This document shows, piece by piece, positions 18,849 through 28,299 of a stretch of 64,000 nucleotides of DNA (its first letter is position 1; each line of letters begins with the position of its first letter). The translations under genes and the position numbers were made by a program. Source of the stretch: an uncultured Collinsella sp. (GTDB lineage: Bacteria; Actinomycetota; Coriobacteriia; Coriobacteriales; Coriobacteriaceae). The notes beneath the pieces are model-generated. The model was not told the DNA's origin and ran no database searches. It worked only from the letters and a program-made list of their open reading frames with translations. The stretch spans positions 11,670 through 75,669 of the forward strand of contig CALEBN010000066.1 in assembly GCA_937943045.1 (NCBI GenBank), read 5' to 3'.

Positions 18849-20276
18849 CTAGAGCGTGTGGAGCAGGGCGATGAGGAAGCGGATGCCCTGGAGGTAGGCG
18901 CGACGGGTGATGCGCTCGTTGGTGCCGTGGACGCCGCGGTCGCATTCGTCATCGTCGACCACAAAGGCGGAGAAGCGGATGCACTCGTGGCAAATGCGCT
19001 GGTAGTTGGCGGCATCGGTTGCACCAATCACGGTCGAGGGCACGATGCTCATCGGCTCTTGGCCCACCGCAGACGATCCGTTTTCCTCCGTCGGCTTGGG
19101 ATCACGGAAATAGCGGGCGGCGATGGCGCGGACGGCCTCGAGCCCCGGACCGCCCACGCGCGGGGACGGCGAGGGCTCGGAGCTGCCGGGGCCCAGCTCG
19201 ACCTCGACTCGGCCGGCGAGCCCAGCGGTGGCAACGGCCTCGCGGCAGCAGGCCACGACATCGGCCACGCTCGTACCCTCGAGCATGCGGAAGTTGATAT
19301 TGACCCACATATCTTGCGGCATTACGTTGGCACCGGTACTGCCGCCCTCGATTTGCGTGGGCGCACAGGTGGTGGTCACAAGCGGGTACAGCTTTTTGCT
19401 GGCAAGGCAGTCGCGCACGATGGCATCCTTGCTGGCAGCAATCTCGTCTGCGGAATAAAGCCCCAGCTCGACGAGCTGCGCGGCAAGCAGATCGGTCACA
19501 CGCGCCGGCCACTCGATATCGCAAATCGCGGCAATAGCGCGGCTGAGCACTTCGAGCGACGTGCCACCGTAAGGGTTGGAAGAATGCCCGCCCTCGCTCT
19601 TCGTCCTGAGCACGATATCGGCATATCCCTTCTCGGCAAGATCGGCATGCATAAGCCAACCCTCACCCGCGCTGTACTCGGCAGCCGCAACGATACGATA
19701 GTCGCCCTCGTCGATCAGGTACTCAAGCTCAACGCCACGCTCCTCGAGCGCGCGGCCAATGGCACCCGCGCCGCACTGCGTGGTCTCCTCATCCTGGCCA
19801 AAAGCCAGCAGCAGGGTTCGCTCGTGTTGCCAGCCGTGCGCCAGCGCATACTCAACGGCCTCCAGGATGCCCGCAACCTGGTCTTTCATATCGATGGCGC
19901 CGCGACCCCAAATATAGGTGTCGTCCACGTGCCCGCTAAAGGGATCGTGCGTCCAGTCCGTCTCGGTGCCCGGCACCACGGGAACCACGTCCATGTGGCC
20001 CATGAGCATGACCGGCTTGAGGGCGGGGTCGGCGCCGGCAAGCGTCACGAGCAGCGAATGGTCGATGAGCTCGACCTCGCCCGTCGCAAACACGCGCGGC
20101 CAGGCCTGCTGCATATAGGCGCGCAGGTCGGCAAACGCCTGCCAGTCCACCGTCTGGGCATCCATGCTCGAAATCGTCGGAAACGACAGCACGCGGCCCA
20201 GGCGCTCGCATGCGCCGACCTCGTCGATATCGGCAAAATCATCCTCGTGCGCAAAGAAACGCCAAACCTCGGCCAT
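18849..20276 (-). CDS. M20 family metallopeptidase (dipeptidase / carboxypeptidase-like)
   Basis: LMGHMDVVPV, GRGAIDMKD and GQDEE motifs. ATG at 20276 preceded by GGAGGAAGG. Confidence 0.8.
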   Translation of the reverse strand: MAEVWRFFAHEDDFADIDEVGACERLGRVLSFPTISSMDAQTVDWQAFADLRAYMQQAWPRVFATGEVELIDHSLLVTLAGADPALKPVMLMGHMDVVPVVPGTETDWTHDPFSGHVDDTYIWGRGAIDMKDQVAGILEAVEYALAHGWQHERTLLLAFGQDEETTQCGAGAIGRALEERGVELEYLIDEGDYRIVAAAEYSAGEGWLMHADLAEKGYADIVLRTKSEGGHSSNPYGGTSLEVLSRAIAAICDIEWPARVTDLLAAQLVELGLYSADEIAASKDAIVRDCLASKKLYPLVTTTCAPTQIEGGSTGANVMPQDMWVNINFRMLEGTSVADVVACCREAVATAGLAGRVEVELGPGSSEPSPSPRVGGPGLEAVRAIAARYFRDPKPTEENGSSAVGQEPMSIVPSTVIGATDAANYQRICHECIRFSAFVVDDDECDRGVHGTNERITRRAYLQGIRFLIALLHTL

Positions 20277-20286
20277 GCCTTCCTCC

Positions 20287-20325
20287 AAAAACAGCGTGGC
20301 AAAGAGGCGGTCCCTTTGCCACGCT
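20287..20325 (-). terminator. intrinsic terminator after the ABC ATPase gene
   Basis: Reverse strand: AGCGTGGCAAAGGGACCGCCTCTTTGCCACGCT followed by GTTTTTGG, directly after the stop at 20334. Confidence 0.7.
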
Positions 20326-20333
20326 CGCTTGCA

Positions 20334-21116
20334 TTATTTGTCGTTGAGATAACGCGAGAGAAACTCGCGGGTGCGCTGGTGCTTAGGATTGCCAAAGAGC
20401 TCAGCCGGCGCGGCGTCCTCGAGCACCACGCCCTGGTCCATAAAGACCACGCGGTCGGACACGGTGCGTGCGAAGGCCATCTCGTGGGTAACGACGACCA
20501 TGGTCATGCCGTCGGTGGCGAGCTTGCGCATAACGTCGAGCACCTCGCCCACGATCTCGGGATCGAGCGCGGAGGTAGGCTCGTCAAACAGCATGATCTG
20601 CGGGCTCATGCACAGGGCGCGGGCGATGGCAACGCGCTGCTTTTGGCCACCGGACAGGCGACCGACCGCGGCATGGGCGAATTTTTCGAGTCCCACGCTC
20701 GCCAGATGCTCCATCGCGACCTGCTCGGCCTGATCTTTGCTCATCTTTTTGAGCGTAACGGGCGCGAGCGTGCAGTTGTCGAGCACATCCATGTTGTTGA
20801 ACAGGTTGAAGCCCTGGAACACCATGCCGATGTCCTCGCGCAGCTTGTTGATGTTGCAGCGCTCGGCCGTGAGATCCTGACCGTGAAACCAGATGTGGCC
20901 CGTGTCCGGAGTCTCGAGCAGGTTGAGGCAACGCAGCAGTGTCGACTTACCCGAGCCCGAGGCGCCGATGATGGTGACGACCTCGCCGGGGCTAACGGCC
21001 AGGTCGATGCCCTTGAGCACCTCGAGCGAGCCAAAGCTCTTGTGCAGGCCCTCAACGCGGATAAGCGGCTCTTTGGTTTGCGCGGCCGCAACGCCGGTAG
21101 TGGCGGTATCTGCCAT
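20334..21116 (-). CDS. amino-acid ABC transporter ATP-binding protein
   Basis: Walker [10 protein letters not shown], signature LSGGQKQR, Walker [12 protein letters not shown]. GlnQ/HisP-like length from the ATG at 21116. Confidence 0.9.
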   Translation of the reverse strand: MADTATTGVAAAQTKEPLIRVEGLHKSFGSLEVLKGIDLAVSPGEVVTIIGASGSGKSTLLRCLNLLETPDTGHIWFHGQDLTAERCNINKLREDIGMVFQGFNLFNNMDVLDNCTLAPVTLKKMSKDQAEQVAMEHLASVGLEKFAHAAVGRLSGGQKQRVAIARALCMSPQIMLFDEPTSALDPEIVGEVLDVMRKLATDGMTMVVVTHEMAFARTVSDRVVFMDQGVVLEDAAPAELFGNPKHQRTREFLSRYLNDK

Positions 21117-21138
21117 GATGAATCTCCTCGTCTTGTGC

Positions 21139-22287
21139 CTAGTTGGAGCTGGGCAGCGTGGCCGGAGCCTCAGCGCCGAGCTTTTTGCCAAAGGCCTCGA
21201 GCAGGCGGCTCGCCACGAGCGTCAGGATCAGGTAGACCACGAGCGCCACGCAGTAGACCTCCATCTGGCGGTAGTACACGCCGGCGACGGTGGTGGTGGC
21301 GTACATGAGGTCGAACACGCCGATGACCGAAAGCACCGACGAGTCCTTGATGTTGATGATGAGTTCGTTGGTGAGCGCGGGGATCGCGTTTTTAATGCCC
21401 TGCGGGAACACGACCTTGCGCATGGCCTGCCATTGCGACAGACCCAGCGAGCGCGCTGCCTCGGCCTGGCCGGGGTCGATGGACTCGATGCCGCCGCGCA
21501 GGACCTCCATCATATAGGCGGTGGAGTTGAGCGAAATGGTGACGAGACCCGCGGTAAAGGTGCTCCAGATCTGGTTGGCCTGTGCCGTCTCGAACCCCAT
21601 GCCGCGCAAAACGGTAAAGCCCACATAGTAGATGAGCAGGCCCTGCACCATCATGGGCGTGCCGCGTACGATGGTGGAGTAGACGGTCGCAAAGCCTCGG
21701 CCGATGCTCTTAAAGAAGCGCGTGAGGTCGTTGTCCACGCGGTCGAACGTCTGGATACGCAGGAACACCAGCAACAGCGCCAGGAAGAAGGCGATGATGG
21801 TGCCAAAGAACGCGAGCGCGATGGTGATCTCGATGCCGCGGATGAAGAAGTCGCCGCTCCTGTAGGTCATGTAGACCAGGCTCGACAAAAAGTCGCTGGG
21901 GTTGGAATCCGAGACAATGCTCACCTGCACCAGGTCGATAAACGACATGATGCAGCGGTCCACGAAAAAGATCGCTGCGATGGCGACCACAACATAGCTA
22001 CCCAGGCGCGCGCCGCGGCGGAAACGCTCGGATGCGAACGGCGATTTTTCGCGATAGTCGCTCCAGTGCATAAGCTTGGTGACCAGCGCCGCCGCCGACA
22101 CGACGAGCCAGGCCCAAAGAATCGCCCAAAGGCAATCCTGGAACACGCCCGTGGGGGCCAAGAAGCTCAGCAGCGTGGGGTTGCGTTGGCTAAACGCCAG
22201 GCCGAGCGCCGCGATAACGCTCGTGCCCAGGTATACATAACGGTGGTCGGCCTTGATAAAGGAGGCCAGACGATTAATGACTTTCAT
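21139..22287 (-). CDS. amino-acid ABC transporter permease (His/Glu/Gln/Arg/opine family) with an extra N-terminal membrane domain
   Basis: C-terminal half carries [21 protein letters not shown] (EAA loop). A ~150 aa extra N-terminal TM region. SD GGGAGG. Confidence 0.85.
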   Translation of the reverse strand: MKVINRLASFIKADHRYVYLGTSVIAALGLAFSQRNPTLLSFLAPTGVFQDCLWAILWAWLVVSAAALVTKLMHWSDYREKSPFASERFRRGARLGSYVVVAIAAIFFVDRCIMSFIDLVQVSIVSDSNPSDFLSSLVYMTYRSGDFFIRGIEITIALAFFGTIIAFFLALLLVFLRIQTFDRVDNDLTRFFKSIGRGFATVYSTIVRGTPMMVQGLLIYYVGFTVLRGMGFETAQANQIWSTFTAGLVTISLNSTAYMMEVLRGGIESIDPGQAEAARSLGLSQWQAMRKVVFPQGIKNAIPALTNELIINIKDSSVLSVIGVFDLMYATTTVAGVYYRQMEVYCVALVVYLILTLVASRLLEAFGKKLGAEAPATLPSSN

Positions 22288-22296
22288 GCTGCCTCC

Positions 22297-23223
22297 CTAT
22301 GCCGGCTGACGGTCGAGGCACGCGTCCCACATTTGGTCGCGTTCCTCTTGGCTAATGCCCTTGAGCGTCTTGTCGATGAGCTTAAGCAGCTTGTCCGAGC
22401 CCTTGCGGCAGCCGACGTTTGCCGTGACCTCCTGTTTAAAGCCCTCGCCCTCGGCAAATTGAATCGGCACGATACCCGGGTTTTGGGCCATATAGCCCTT
22501 CTCGTTCTCGGTGTTATAGGTCACGGCGTCGCAGGTGCCCTGCAGCAGATTCGAAAACACCGTGGGGACCGAGTCGACCGGGTTTTTGTGGACAACGCCC
22601 GGGATCTCGTCGATGACGGTATCGAGCATGGTGTCCTTTTGGCCGAGCACCGTAGCGCCGCTAAAGTCGCTGAGCTTGGTGGCGTTTTGGTAGGGCGAGC
22701 CCTCTTTTACGAACAGGCCAAAGTAGCCGATGAAGTACGGGTCGGAAAAGCCGACGGACTCCTCGCGCTCGGGCGTGGCGCTCATGCCGGCGATGATGAG
22801 GTCGATCTGCCCGTTGTTGAGCGAATCGATAAGACCCGAGAAGCTCTGCTTGACGGCAACGGGCTCGCCACCGAGGGCCTTGCAGACGATCTTGGCGATC
22901 TGCACGTCGTAACCATCGGCATAGGCGCCCTGCACGTTGTCGATGGGGATGGTGTACTCGCTGGCTTCGGAGACCTGCCAGTTGTACGGGGCGTAGGCCG
23001 CCTCCATGCCGATGCGGATCTTGTCCTTGCCGATCACGGAATCGGACAGGTCGTCGCGACCGCCGCCCGTCGTGGGCTGAACTACTTCCAGCGTGGAGGG
23101 GCGCTGGCAACCGGCAAGTGCGCCGGCGACGACAGAAGCGCTCGCAGCGAGAGCACTGCCCAAAAAGATGCGACGGCTGCATACCGGCTGTGGATGCGCG
23201 TCGCGTTGATGGGGAGAATGCAT
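22297..23223 (-). CDS. amino-acid ABC transporter substrate-binding lipoprotein
   Basis: From the ATG at 23223: RRIFLGSALAASASVVAGALAGC (signal peptide plus lipobox), followed by a type-3 SBP-like sequence (IRIGMEAAYAPYNW, DLIIAGMSATPERE). Confidence 0.85.
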   Translation of the reverse strand: MHSPHQRDAHPQPVCSRRIFLGSALAASASVVAGALAGCQRPSTLEVVQPTTGGGRDDLSDSVIGKDKIRIGMEAAYAPYNWQVSEASEYTIPIDNVQGAYADGYDVQIAKIVCKALGGEPVAVKQSFSGLIDSLNNGQIDLIIAGMSATPEREESVGFSDPYFIGYFGLFVKEGSPYQNATKLSDFSGATVLGQKDTMLDTVIDEIPGVVHKNPVDSVPTVFSNLLQGTCDAVTYNTENEKGYMAQNPGIVPIQFAEGEGFKQEVTANVGCRKGSDKLLKLIDKTLKGISQEERDQMWDACLDRQPA

Positions 23224-23322
23224 AATCTGCCTTCCCTGTTGAATCGTATGCTGACGACTTAACAGGATATACGCCAGCGACCAGCAGCGCAGCACAAGCT
23301 CGAAAAATTAATAGGCACGCGG

Positions 23323-23485
23323 TAGTCATTGGGGACGTCGATGTTTTGGCAATGCCGGCGAGCGACGTCCAGAGCGACAAGTGGCATGAAAAAGGCAAGG
23401 CATGACCAGAAGGTCTATGCCTTGCCTTTTGAATGACAACTTGTCGCTCTGGACGACGCGCAGCATCGACCGAGCGGCGGAACCT
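23323..23485 (-). ncRNA. structured repeat element, family 1, copy B
   Basis: Long hairpin: outer arms 23367-23382 / 23439-23454, inner AAGGCAAGGCAT / ATGCCTTGCCTT around GACC-AGAA-GGTC. Shares CGATGTYTTGGCAATGCCRGCGAGCG and GACGTCCCCAATGACTA blocks with copy A. Confidence 0.45.
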
Positions 23486-24379
23486 CTAGAGCAAGGTAAC
23501 GCTAAAACTGCGCTTGTCCGTCTTGCCCGAGGCCAGGGTGATGGTGTTGACCTTGTGCTCAAAGACATCGTCCTCGGTGTCCATGGTGGTATGACCGGTC
23601 CAGGGCTCGAGCGCCACAAACGGAGCGTCGTTGGCGGCAGACCACACGCCAATGTACTTAAAGCCCTCAAAGTCGATCTTGACGCCGTGGCCCGACTTGC
23701 GGCCGCGCAGTGTGAGCGTGGAGCCCGGAGTATCGGTGAACATGATGGCATCGTTATCGAAGCTGCGGTGCGTGATGGGCAGCACGTCCGAGTTATCGGG
23801 AGCCTTGTAGCTGCCCTCGAACGTCATAAGACCGTCGGGCGTGATAATGGGGGCCTCGTTGGTCCAAGCCTCGGTAAACGCCAGCTCGTAATCCTCGAAC
23901 GCCTCATCCTCGGCACCGGGGGCGGGCACGTTAAATGCGGGGTGGCCGCCCACCGAGAACGGCAGGTCCACGTCGCCGGTGTTGGTGACGGCAAAGGTCT
24001 GCGTGAGGGTGGCGTCGCCGGTCAGGGCATAGGTCATGTTGAGCTTAAAGTGGAACGGAAAGGCCTTGAGCGACTCGGGCGTATCGGTGATCTCGTACGT
24101 TACCGAGGAGCCGTCCTCCGAAACCTCGACCAGCTCGTGCTCGACGATGCGCGCGAGTCCGTGGCGCGGCATCTCGCAGGTGCCGGCCGCAGACGTTGCC
24201 GTGTTGTTGCGCAGCGAGCCCACAATAGGGAACAGGATGGGCGCGTGCTTGCCCCAAAAGGCGGGGTCGCCCTGCCACAGATACTCGTTGCCGTTGAGGG
24301 CAAGGCTCGTGAGCTGGGCGCCCATGGAATCGATGGCCGCGGTGAGGCCGCCGCGCTTGATGGTAGTGACAGTAGACAT
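23486..24379 (-). CDS. aldose 1-epimerase family protein
   Basis: 297 aa. LTSLALNGNEYLWQGDPAFWGKHAPILFPIVG, GGHPAFN and EPW motifs typical of the galactose mutarotase-like fold. Confidence 0.8.
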   Translation of the reverse strand: MSTVTTIKRGGLTAAIDSMGAQLTSLALNGNEYLWQGDPAFWGKHAPILFPIVGSLRNNTATSAAGTCEMPRHGLARIVEHELVEVSEDGSSVTYEITDTPESLKAFPFHFKLNMTYALTGDATLTQTFAVTNTGDVDLPFSVGGHPAFNVPAPGAEDEAFEDYELAFTEAWTNEAPIITPDGLMTFEGSYKAPDNSDVLPITHRSFDNDAIMFTDTPGSTLTLRGRKSGHGVKIDFEGFKYIGVWSAANDAPFVALEPWTGHTTMDTEDDVFEHKVNTITLASGKTDKRSFSVTLL

Positions 24380-24458
24380 GCTACTTCCTCCAATGGTAAA
24401 CAACGGTGTCGATGGTTATTGTCCCACTCTTGGCGGCGGGGTTGAGCGGCAGGCGCAG

Positions 24459-25325
24459 TTATTGAGCAATAGCGTAAAGGTCAAACCCGCCCTGCGGCGT
24501 GCTATCGACCGTGTCGGGAGCCTGTGAATTAAAACTCACCGGAACCATGCGCTTTGAGGCGCGGTAACGCGTGCCGTCGGTGGCGACGGGCGGTTCATCG
24601 ACCGTGAGCTCGTAGTCGCCGGGCTTGAGTTCGATGCCGTCACCTTCGGAATTGACGTATTGATACTCGTCGATTGCTTGTCCCTTGAGCGTGCGGCCCA
24701 CGATATGGACGAGCATTTGGCTGTCGCCGCGCGCGGTATCCCACGTCGCGCCTTCCTTAACCTCGACTGACACATGCACCGAGCGCGTGCGGCTGAGCGA
24801 TTGCTCGACGGACATCTCGACCTTGGCGGCGTCTTGGCGCTGCTGCTCAACATGGCCCCAGATGCTGCCGATTGCCGAGCAGGCGATAACGCCGGCCATG
24901 AAGGCAATGAGGATGGGGCCGAGCGGAGAGCGGCGACCCGCGTCTTCCTCATGAGCCAGGTCGGGACGATGCGTTGGCGCAGGCGCCTGAGCACCCTGCG
25001 CGGGCACGTCGAGAATGCTGAAAGATGCCGTACTGCCGGGGTCGATGGTGTGGCGCGGCTGCGGGGTCTTGGCCGGCGAGATGGACATGTCGGCTGGCTC
25101 ACCCAGCGTGGCCGTGGCATCGGCCTTTGCCTCGTCGGCCTCGGCCTGGGCCCAGGCCTGTTCAAAAGTCAGGGGCTCGGCGGCATCGGAGGCGGCGTCC
25201 GTCTCGACGGCATCGTTGCCGGTCTCGTCCTCGTCGCTCGACACGTCACGCGGCGCGGGCTCGTCCCACTCCTCGTCCGGAGCCTCGCCCTCGCTATACC
25301 ACCATTCAAAGTTATCGATATCCAT
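24459..25325 (-). CDS. hypothetical membrane-anchored protein (acidic N-terminus, one TM helix, beta-rich C-terminal domain)
   Basis: 288 aa ORF with good coding-like composition and one hydrophobic helix (LGPILIAFMAGVIACSAIGSIW). No recognisable family. Confidence 0.6.
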   Translation of the reverse strand: MDIDNFEWWYSEGEAPDEEWDEPAPRDVSSDEDETGNDAVETDAASDAAEPLTFEQAWAQAEADEAKADATATLGEPADMSISPAKTPQPRHTIDPGSTASFSILDVPAQGAQAPAPTHRPDLAHEEDAGRRSPLGPILIAFMAGVIACSAIGSIWGHVEQQRQDAAKVEMSVEQSLSRTRSVHVSVEVKEGATWDTARGDSQMLVHIVGRTLKGQAIDEYQYVNSEGDGIELKPGDYELTVDEPPVATDGTRYRASKRMVPVSFNSQAPDTVDSTPQGGFDLYAIAQ

Positions 25326-25495
25326 ACGGGGCGCCCCTTAGGCCTCGCAAATAAACACTTGCTAGCCTTATACCCGCAGACGGCGCCGGAGCTCGCCGAC
25401 ACAGACAGGAAAAGCGTCGCAACATTCGCCGCTTTTCCTCGTTTTCGAGATTTTCGCCGAATGTTGTGATGGTTTGGGCGACTGGCTGGCAGCGC

Positions 25496-25528
25496 AATGT
25501 GACAAAGGGACTGCCCCTTTGTCACATT
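25496..25528. repeat. GACAAAGGG palindromic hairpin, copy A
   Basis: AATGTGACAAAGGG-ACTGC-CCCTTTGTCACATT, 14-bp perfect arms, in the divergent intergenic region upstream of the MFS gene. Confidence 0.85.
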
Positions 25529-25576
25529 CTGTTAGAGTTGCAGGGATTGAATCCCGCTTATTCATGCGACATTGGA

Positions 25577-26821
25577 GTGACAACCTTGACCGCCGCAACC
25601 ACGCCTAAAAGCAAGTCAACCGCCGCCGTGCTCTCCCCTGCGCGCACTAAGCTCTGCTTGGCGCTGCTCGTGCTGTTGGGATTCTCGCTCGGCTGCTCCG
25701 AGTTCGTGGTCATCGGTATCGAGAGCGACCTGGCGACGGAACTCGACGTATCACTTGCTACTGCGGGCCAACTCATCAGCGTGTTCGCGCTGGTCTACGC
25801 CATCGCCACGCCGGTGCTTGCGCTCAGCACGGGGCGATTCCGCCGCTACCAGCTGCTCGTGTGCTACAGCATCGTCTTTGTGCTCGGCAACTTGGTCATG
25901 GCTCTGGCGCCCAACTTCCAGGTGCTGTTTATCTCGCGTATCATCCTGGGCTCCGTCTCGGGCGCACTGCTCGCCGTGGGCGTGACATACATCCCCGAGC
26001 TGCTGTCCCCGCAGCAAACTTCGCTTGCCATCTCGGTGGTATATGGTGCGTTTTCCGTGGCAATGGTCTTTGTGACCTCGATTGGCAAATTTGTGGCCGA
26101 CACGCTCGACTGGCACGTGGCCATGTACGGCACGCTGGCCTTTGCCGTTTTGATCTGCGGAGCGCTCGTAGCGTTTATGCCCCGCGCCGGTCAGACCGAT
26201 GAGCCCGCCACCTTCCGCGAGCAGGCGGGGCTGCTACGCGAGCCGAGCATCATCACCGGCATGCTTATCTTCTTGTTTGGCGTGGGCTCGGTCTATGTGT
26301 TCTACGGCTATGTGACGCCTTATCTTGAGCAGGTGCTGGGCATGGGCACCGTACAGGCGAGCACCACGCTCATGGCCTATGGCGTGTTCTGCCTGATTTC
26401 GAACATCCTGGGCGGATGGATCGATGCGCGTTTTGGCATGAAGGCGCTGCTGGTTACGTTTGCGCTGCAGGCGGCGGCGTTGCTCGGGCTGTTTGCTGTG
26501 GGCGGCACCATGCCGCTCGCGCTGGTCTTTGTCTTTAGCCTGGCGATGCTCATGTACCTGTTCTCGGTATCGTGCATCACGCACTTTATGGACGTGGCTC
26601 GCAGCCGCCATCCCAAATCGATGGTGCTCGCAAGTTCGGTTGAGCCCATGGCGTTTAACGTCGGCATCTCGTTTGGCACCGCAGTGGGCGGCGCCGTGGT
26701 AAGCAGCATTGGCATTGCGTACGTGGGTGCAGTGGGCGCCGCGTTCTCGCTTGTGGCCTGGGCGCTCACGCTGGTGACGATTAAGCTCGCCCGCTGGGAG
26801 CGCAAGCGGGCAAGGGCGTAG
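25577..26821 (+). CDS. MFS transporter (12-TM, drug/sugar efflux-like)
   Basis: Polytopic, with MFS-like loop motifs. Start uncertain (GTG 25577 or TTG 25586), because the longer ORF would read through the hairpin repeat. Confidence 0.8.
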   Translation: MTTLTAATTPKSKSTAAVLSPARTKLCLALLVLLGFSLGCSEFVVIGIESDLATELDVSLATAGQLISVFALVYAIATPVLALSTGRFRRYQLLVCYSIVFVLGNLVMALAPNFQVLFISRIILGSVSGALLAVGVTYIPELLSPQQTSLAISVVYGAFSVAMVFVTSIGKFVADTLDWHVAMYGTLAFAVLICGALVAFMPRAGQTDEPATFREQAGLLREPSIITGMLIFLFGVGSVYVFYGYVTPYLEQVLGMGTVQASTTLMAYGVFCLISNILGGWIDARFGMKALLVTFALQAAALLGLFAVGGTMPLALVFVFSLAMLMYLFSVSCITHFMDVARSRHPKSMVLASSVEPMAFNVGISFGTAVGGAVVSSIGIAYVGAVGAAFSLVAWALTLVTIKLARWERKRARA

Positions 26822-26828
26822 GCGTAGA

Positions 26829-26921
26829 TGCGATACTCGAGCTCGATGATGGCGATCGAACGAAAATCGCATATGCAACGTGTACTGTTTATCTGCCATG
26901 GCAACATCTGCCGCTCGACGA
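26829..26921 (+). repeat. attL-like direct repeat
   Basis: TGCGATACTCGAGCT...GCCGCTCGACGA aligns without gaps to 36121-36213, with about 9 mismatches. Confidence 0.85.
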
Positions 26922-26926
26922 GGTAA
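26873..26926 (+). pseudogene. duplicated 5' fragment of the LMW-PTP gene (MQRVLFICHGNICRSTR*)
   Basis: 17 codons matching the start of the intact gene at 36165 (MQCVLFICHGNICRSTMAES), then a stop at the island junction. Confidence 0.8.
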
Positions 26927-27096
26927 CCGCTGATTATCAGGCGTATTAACCATTCAAATCATCTGGTCTACTACCTTTTTACTACTCATTAGAGGCTCAG
27001 ACACGACAGACCAGATGGTTCCGCTTTTCACAACAGCCTACTTTTTCGACCGTTCAACAGGTCAGTAGATTAAATGGCTTATCAGCATGCTAGAGT

Positions 27097-27140
27097 TGTA
27101 CCTGCTACACAGCTCTAGCATTTTTTAATGCTCGCGCTTC
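27097..27140 (+). terminator. hairpin plus T-run inside the island's left non-coding part
   Basis: ATGCTAGAG-N17-CTCTAGCAT followed by TTTTTAATG. Coordinates approximate. Confidence 0.45.
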
Positions 27141-27552
27141 ACAACTGAAGACACTCAACCAGCGACAAGGAGGGGTATTTGCCCTTTCTCCTTGCTGGTT
27201 CGTGCTATTGCGAGGCGCTCGGAGCTGTGTAGCAACTGTGGGTGGATACTCCTCCTTTTCGTGCTACACATTCCGCTCTTCGGATGAGCCTCCTTCCGCA
27301 GTTTCCGTCACGCCAATGGAAGGAGAACGCATCGTGCACAAACACATAGCTTTCATCTCTCAAAAAGTTCAATTTGCTGCACAACAATTCCGTTATCACG
27401 ATGAATAAAACGTGACCCTCGTCCGTTAACCCCAAGCTGCGAAATCGGTGTCAGTTCACACCGATAGCATTTAATTCACAAACGTCTTGAAAAGAAATAC
27501 TTGGTGTCATAAAGACGTTGATGCACCGATCGCCAGAGAAAGGATGATTTTT

Positions 27553-27765
27553 ATGGCAAACAAAGCACCAGCACAATGCCCATCTTGCGGAGAACGCACA
27601 GGTTGGAAATGCACAGGAGAATCTAATAAAGGCTTCAGTGTGGGAAAAGCCGCCGCTGGAGGTCTGCTTTTAGGCCCCATTGGCCTCGTGGGCGGAGCAC
27701 TTGGCAAGAAGAAAAAGACGTATTACTGCCAGAACTGCGGATTCCGCGAAGACTACGATGCGTAA
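27553..27765 (+). CDS. small zinc-ribbon protein with a central glycine-zipper segment
   Basis: 70 aa: CPSC...(GKAAAGGLLLGPIGLVGGALG)...CQNC. GAAAGGA SD upstream. Confidence 0.6.
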   Translation: MANKAPAQCPSCGERTGWKCTGESNKGFSVGKAAAGGLLLGPIGLVGGALGKKKKTYYCQNCGFREDYDA

Positions 27766-27777
27766 GGGACGACACCC

Positions 27778-28296
27778 ATGACGGACGAAAACACTGGCAC
27801 CGAAAGTGAAAGCGCGAAGTTTGCGACGCACTTTAAAAAGGCATTGCTGCCTATGCTTGCTGTCTGCCTTCTTTGCGCCCTATACATCACCAGCTGTGCT
27901 TGCATATTGAATTCTTTCAATGATCCGTCAAGCTCCTCTTCTTCTGCCGCCTATGATGAAAATGATGAAGACTCTGAGGACGATGATGAAGACTCTGAGG
28001 ACGATGATGATTATTCTTCTTACTCCAGCTCCTCATCGAGCTCATCTTCTAGCACATTATTAGATGAGGACGATTGGGTTGATACGGATGACGGCAAAAC
28101 GTATCTAAAGTCTGACTCGGAAGACGGTGGCACAGACTATATCGACACCGATGGGGAGTACGCCATTCATAAAAATGCTGATGGAACTGGAGCAATTGCT
28201 GACGGCAATGGCAATAAAGCCGTGGATAACGATGGAGACGGAAAACTCGATTCCTATTCAACCGATAATGGAAAAACTTGGAACAGTCTCCAATGA
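27778..28296 (+). CDS. membrane-anchored, highly acidic Ser/Asp/Glu-rich protein with DxDxDG-type repeats
   Basis: 172 aa. TM helix LLPMLAVCLLCALYITSCACIL, poly-Ser/Asp/Glu tract, then DTDDGKTY, DTDGEYA, DNDGDGKLD (calcium-binding-like loops). Confidence 0.6.
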   Translation: MTDENTGTESESAKFATHFKKALLPMLAVCLLCALYITSCACILNSFNDPSSSSSSAAYDENDEDSEDDDEDSEDDDDYSSYSSSSSSSSSSTLLDEDDWVDTDDGKTYLKSDSEDGGTDYIDTDGEYAIHKNADGTGAIADGNGNKAVDNDGDGKLDSYSTDNGKTWNSLQ

Positions 28297-28299
28297 CAC

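Noticed and set aside
18795-23262. Long plus-strand ORFs at 18795-21308 and 20893-23262
   Set aside because: They are antisense to the M20 peptidase and the ABC transporter genes, which carry Walker, signature and EAA motifs. They have no motifs or ribosome-binding sites of their own.
25496-25528. TGTGA...TCACA within the palindrome, considered as a CRP/FNR-type site
   Set aside because: The TGTGA and TCACA half-sites are about 19 nt apart instead of the canonical 6, and the same palindrome recurs just after stop codons. This fits a repeat or hairpin family better.
27202-27435. Mutually antisense ORFs of 68 and 76 aa in the island's left arm, and a T-box-like GGGTGGATAC word
   Set aside because: There are no SD sequences and the composition is odd. 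The T-box resemblance is limited to a few bases, with no specifier or antiterminator architecture and no downstream aminoacyl-tRNA-related gene.
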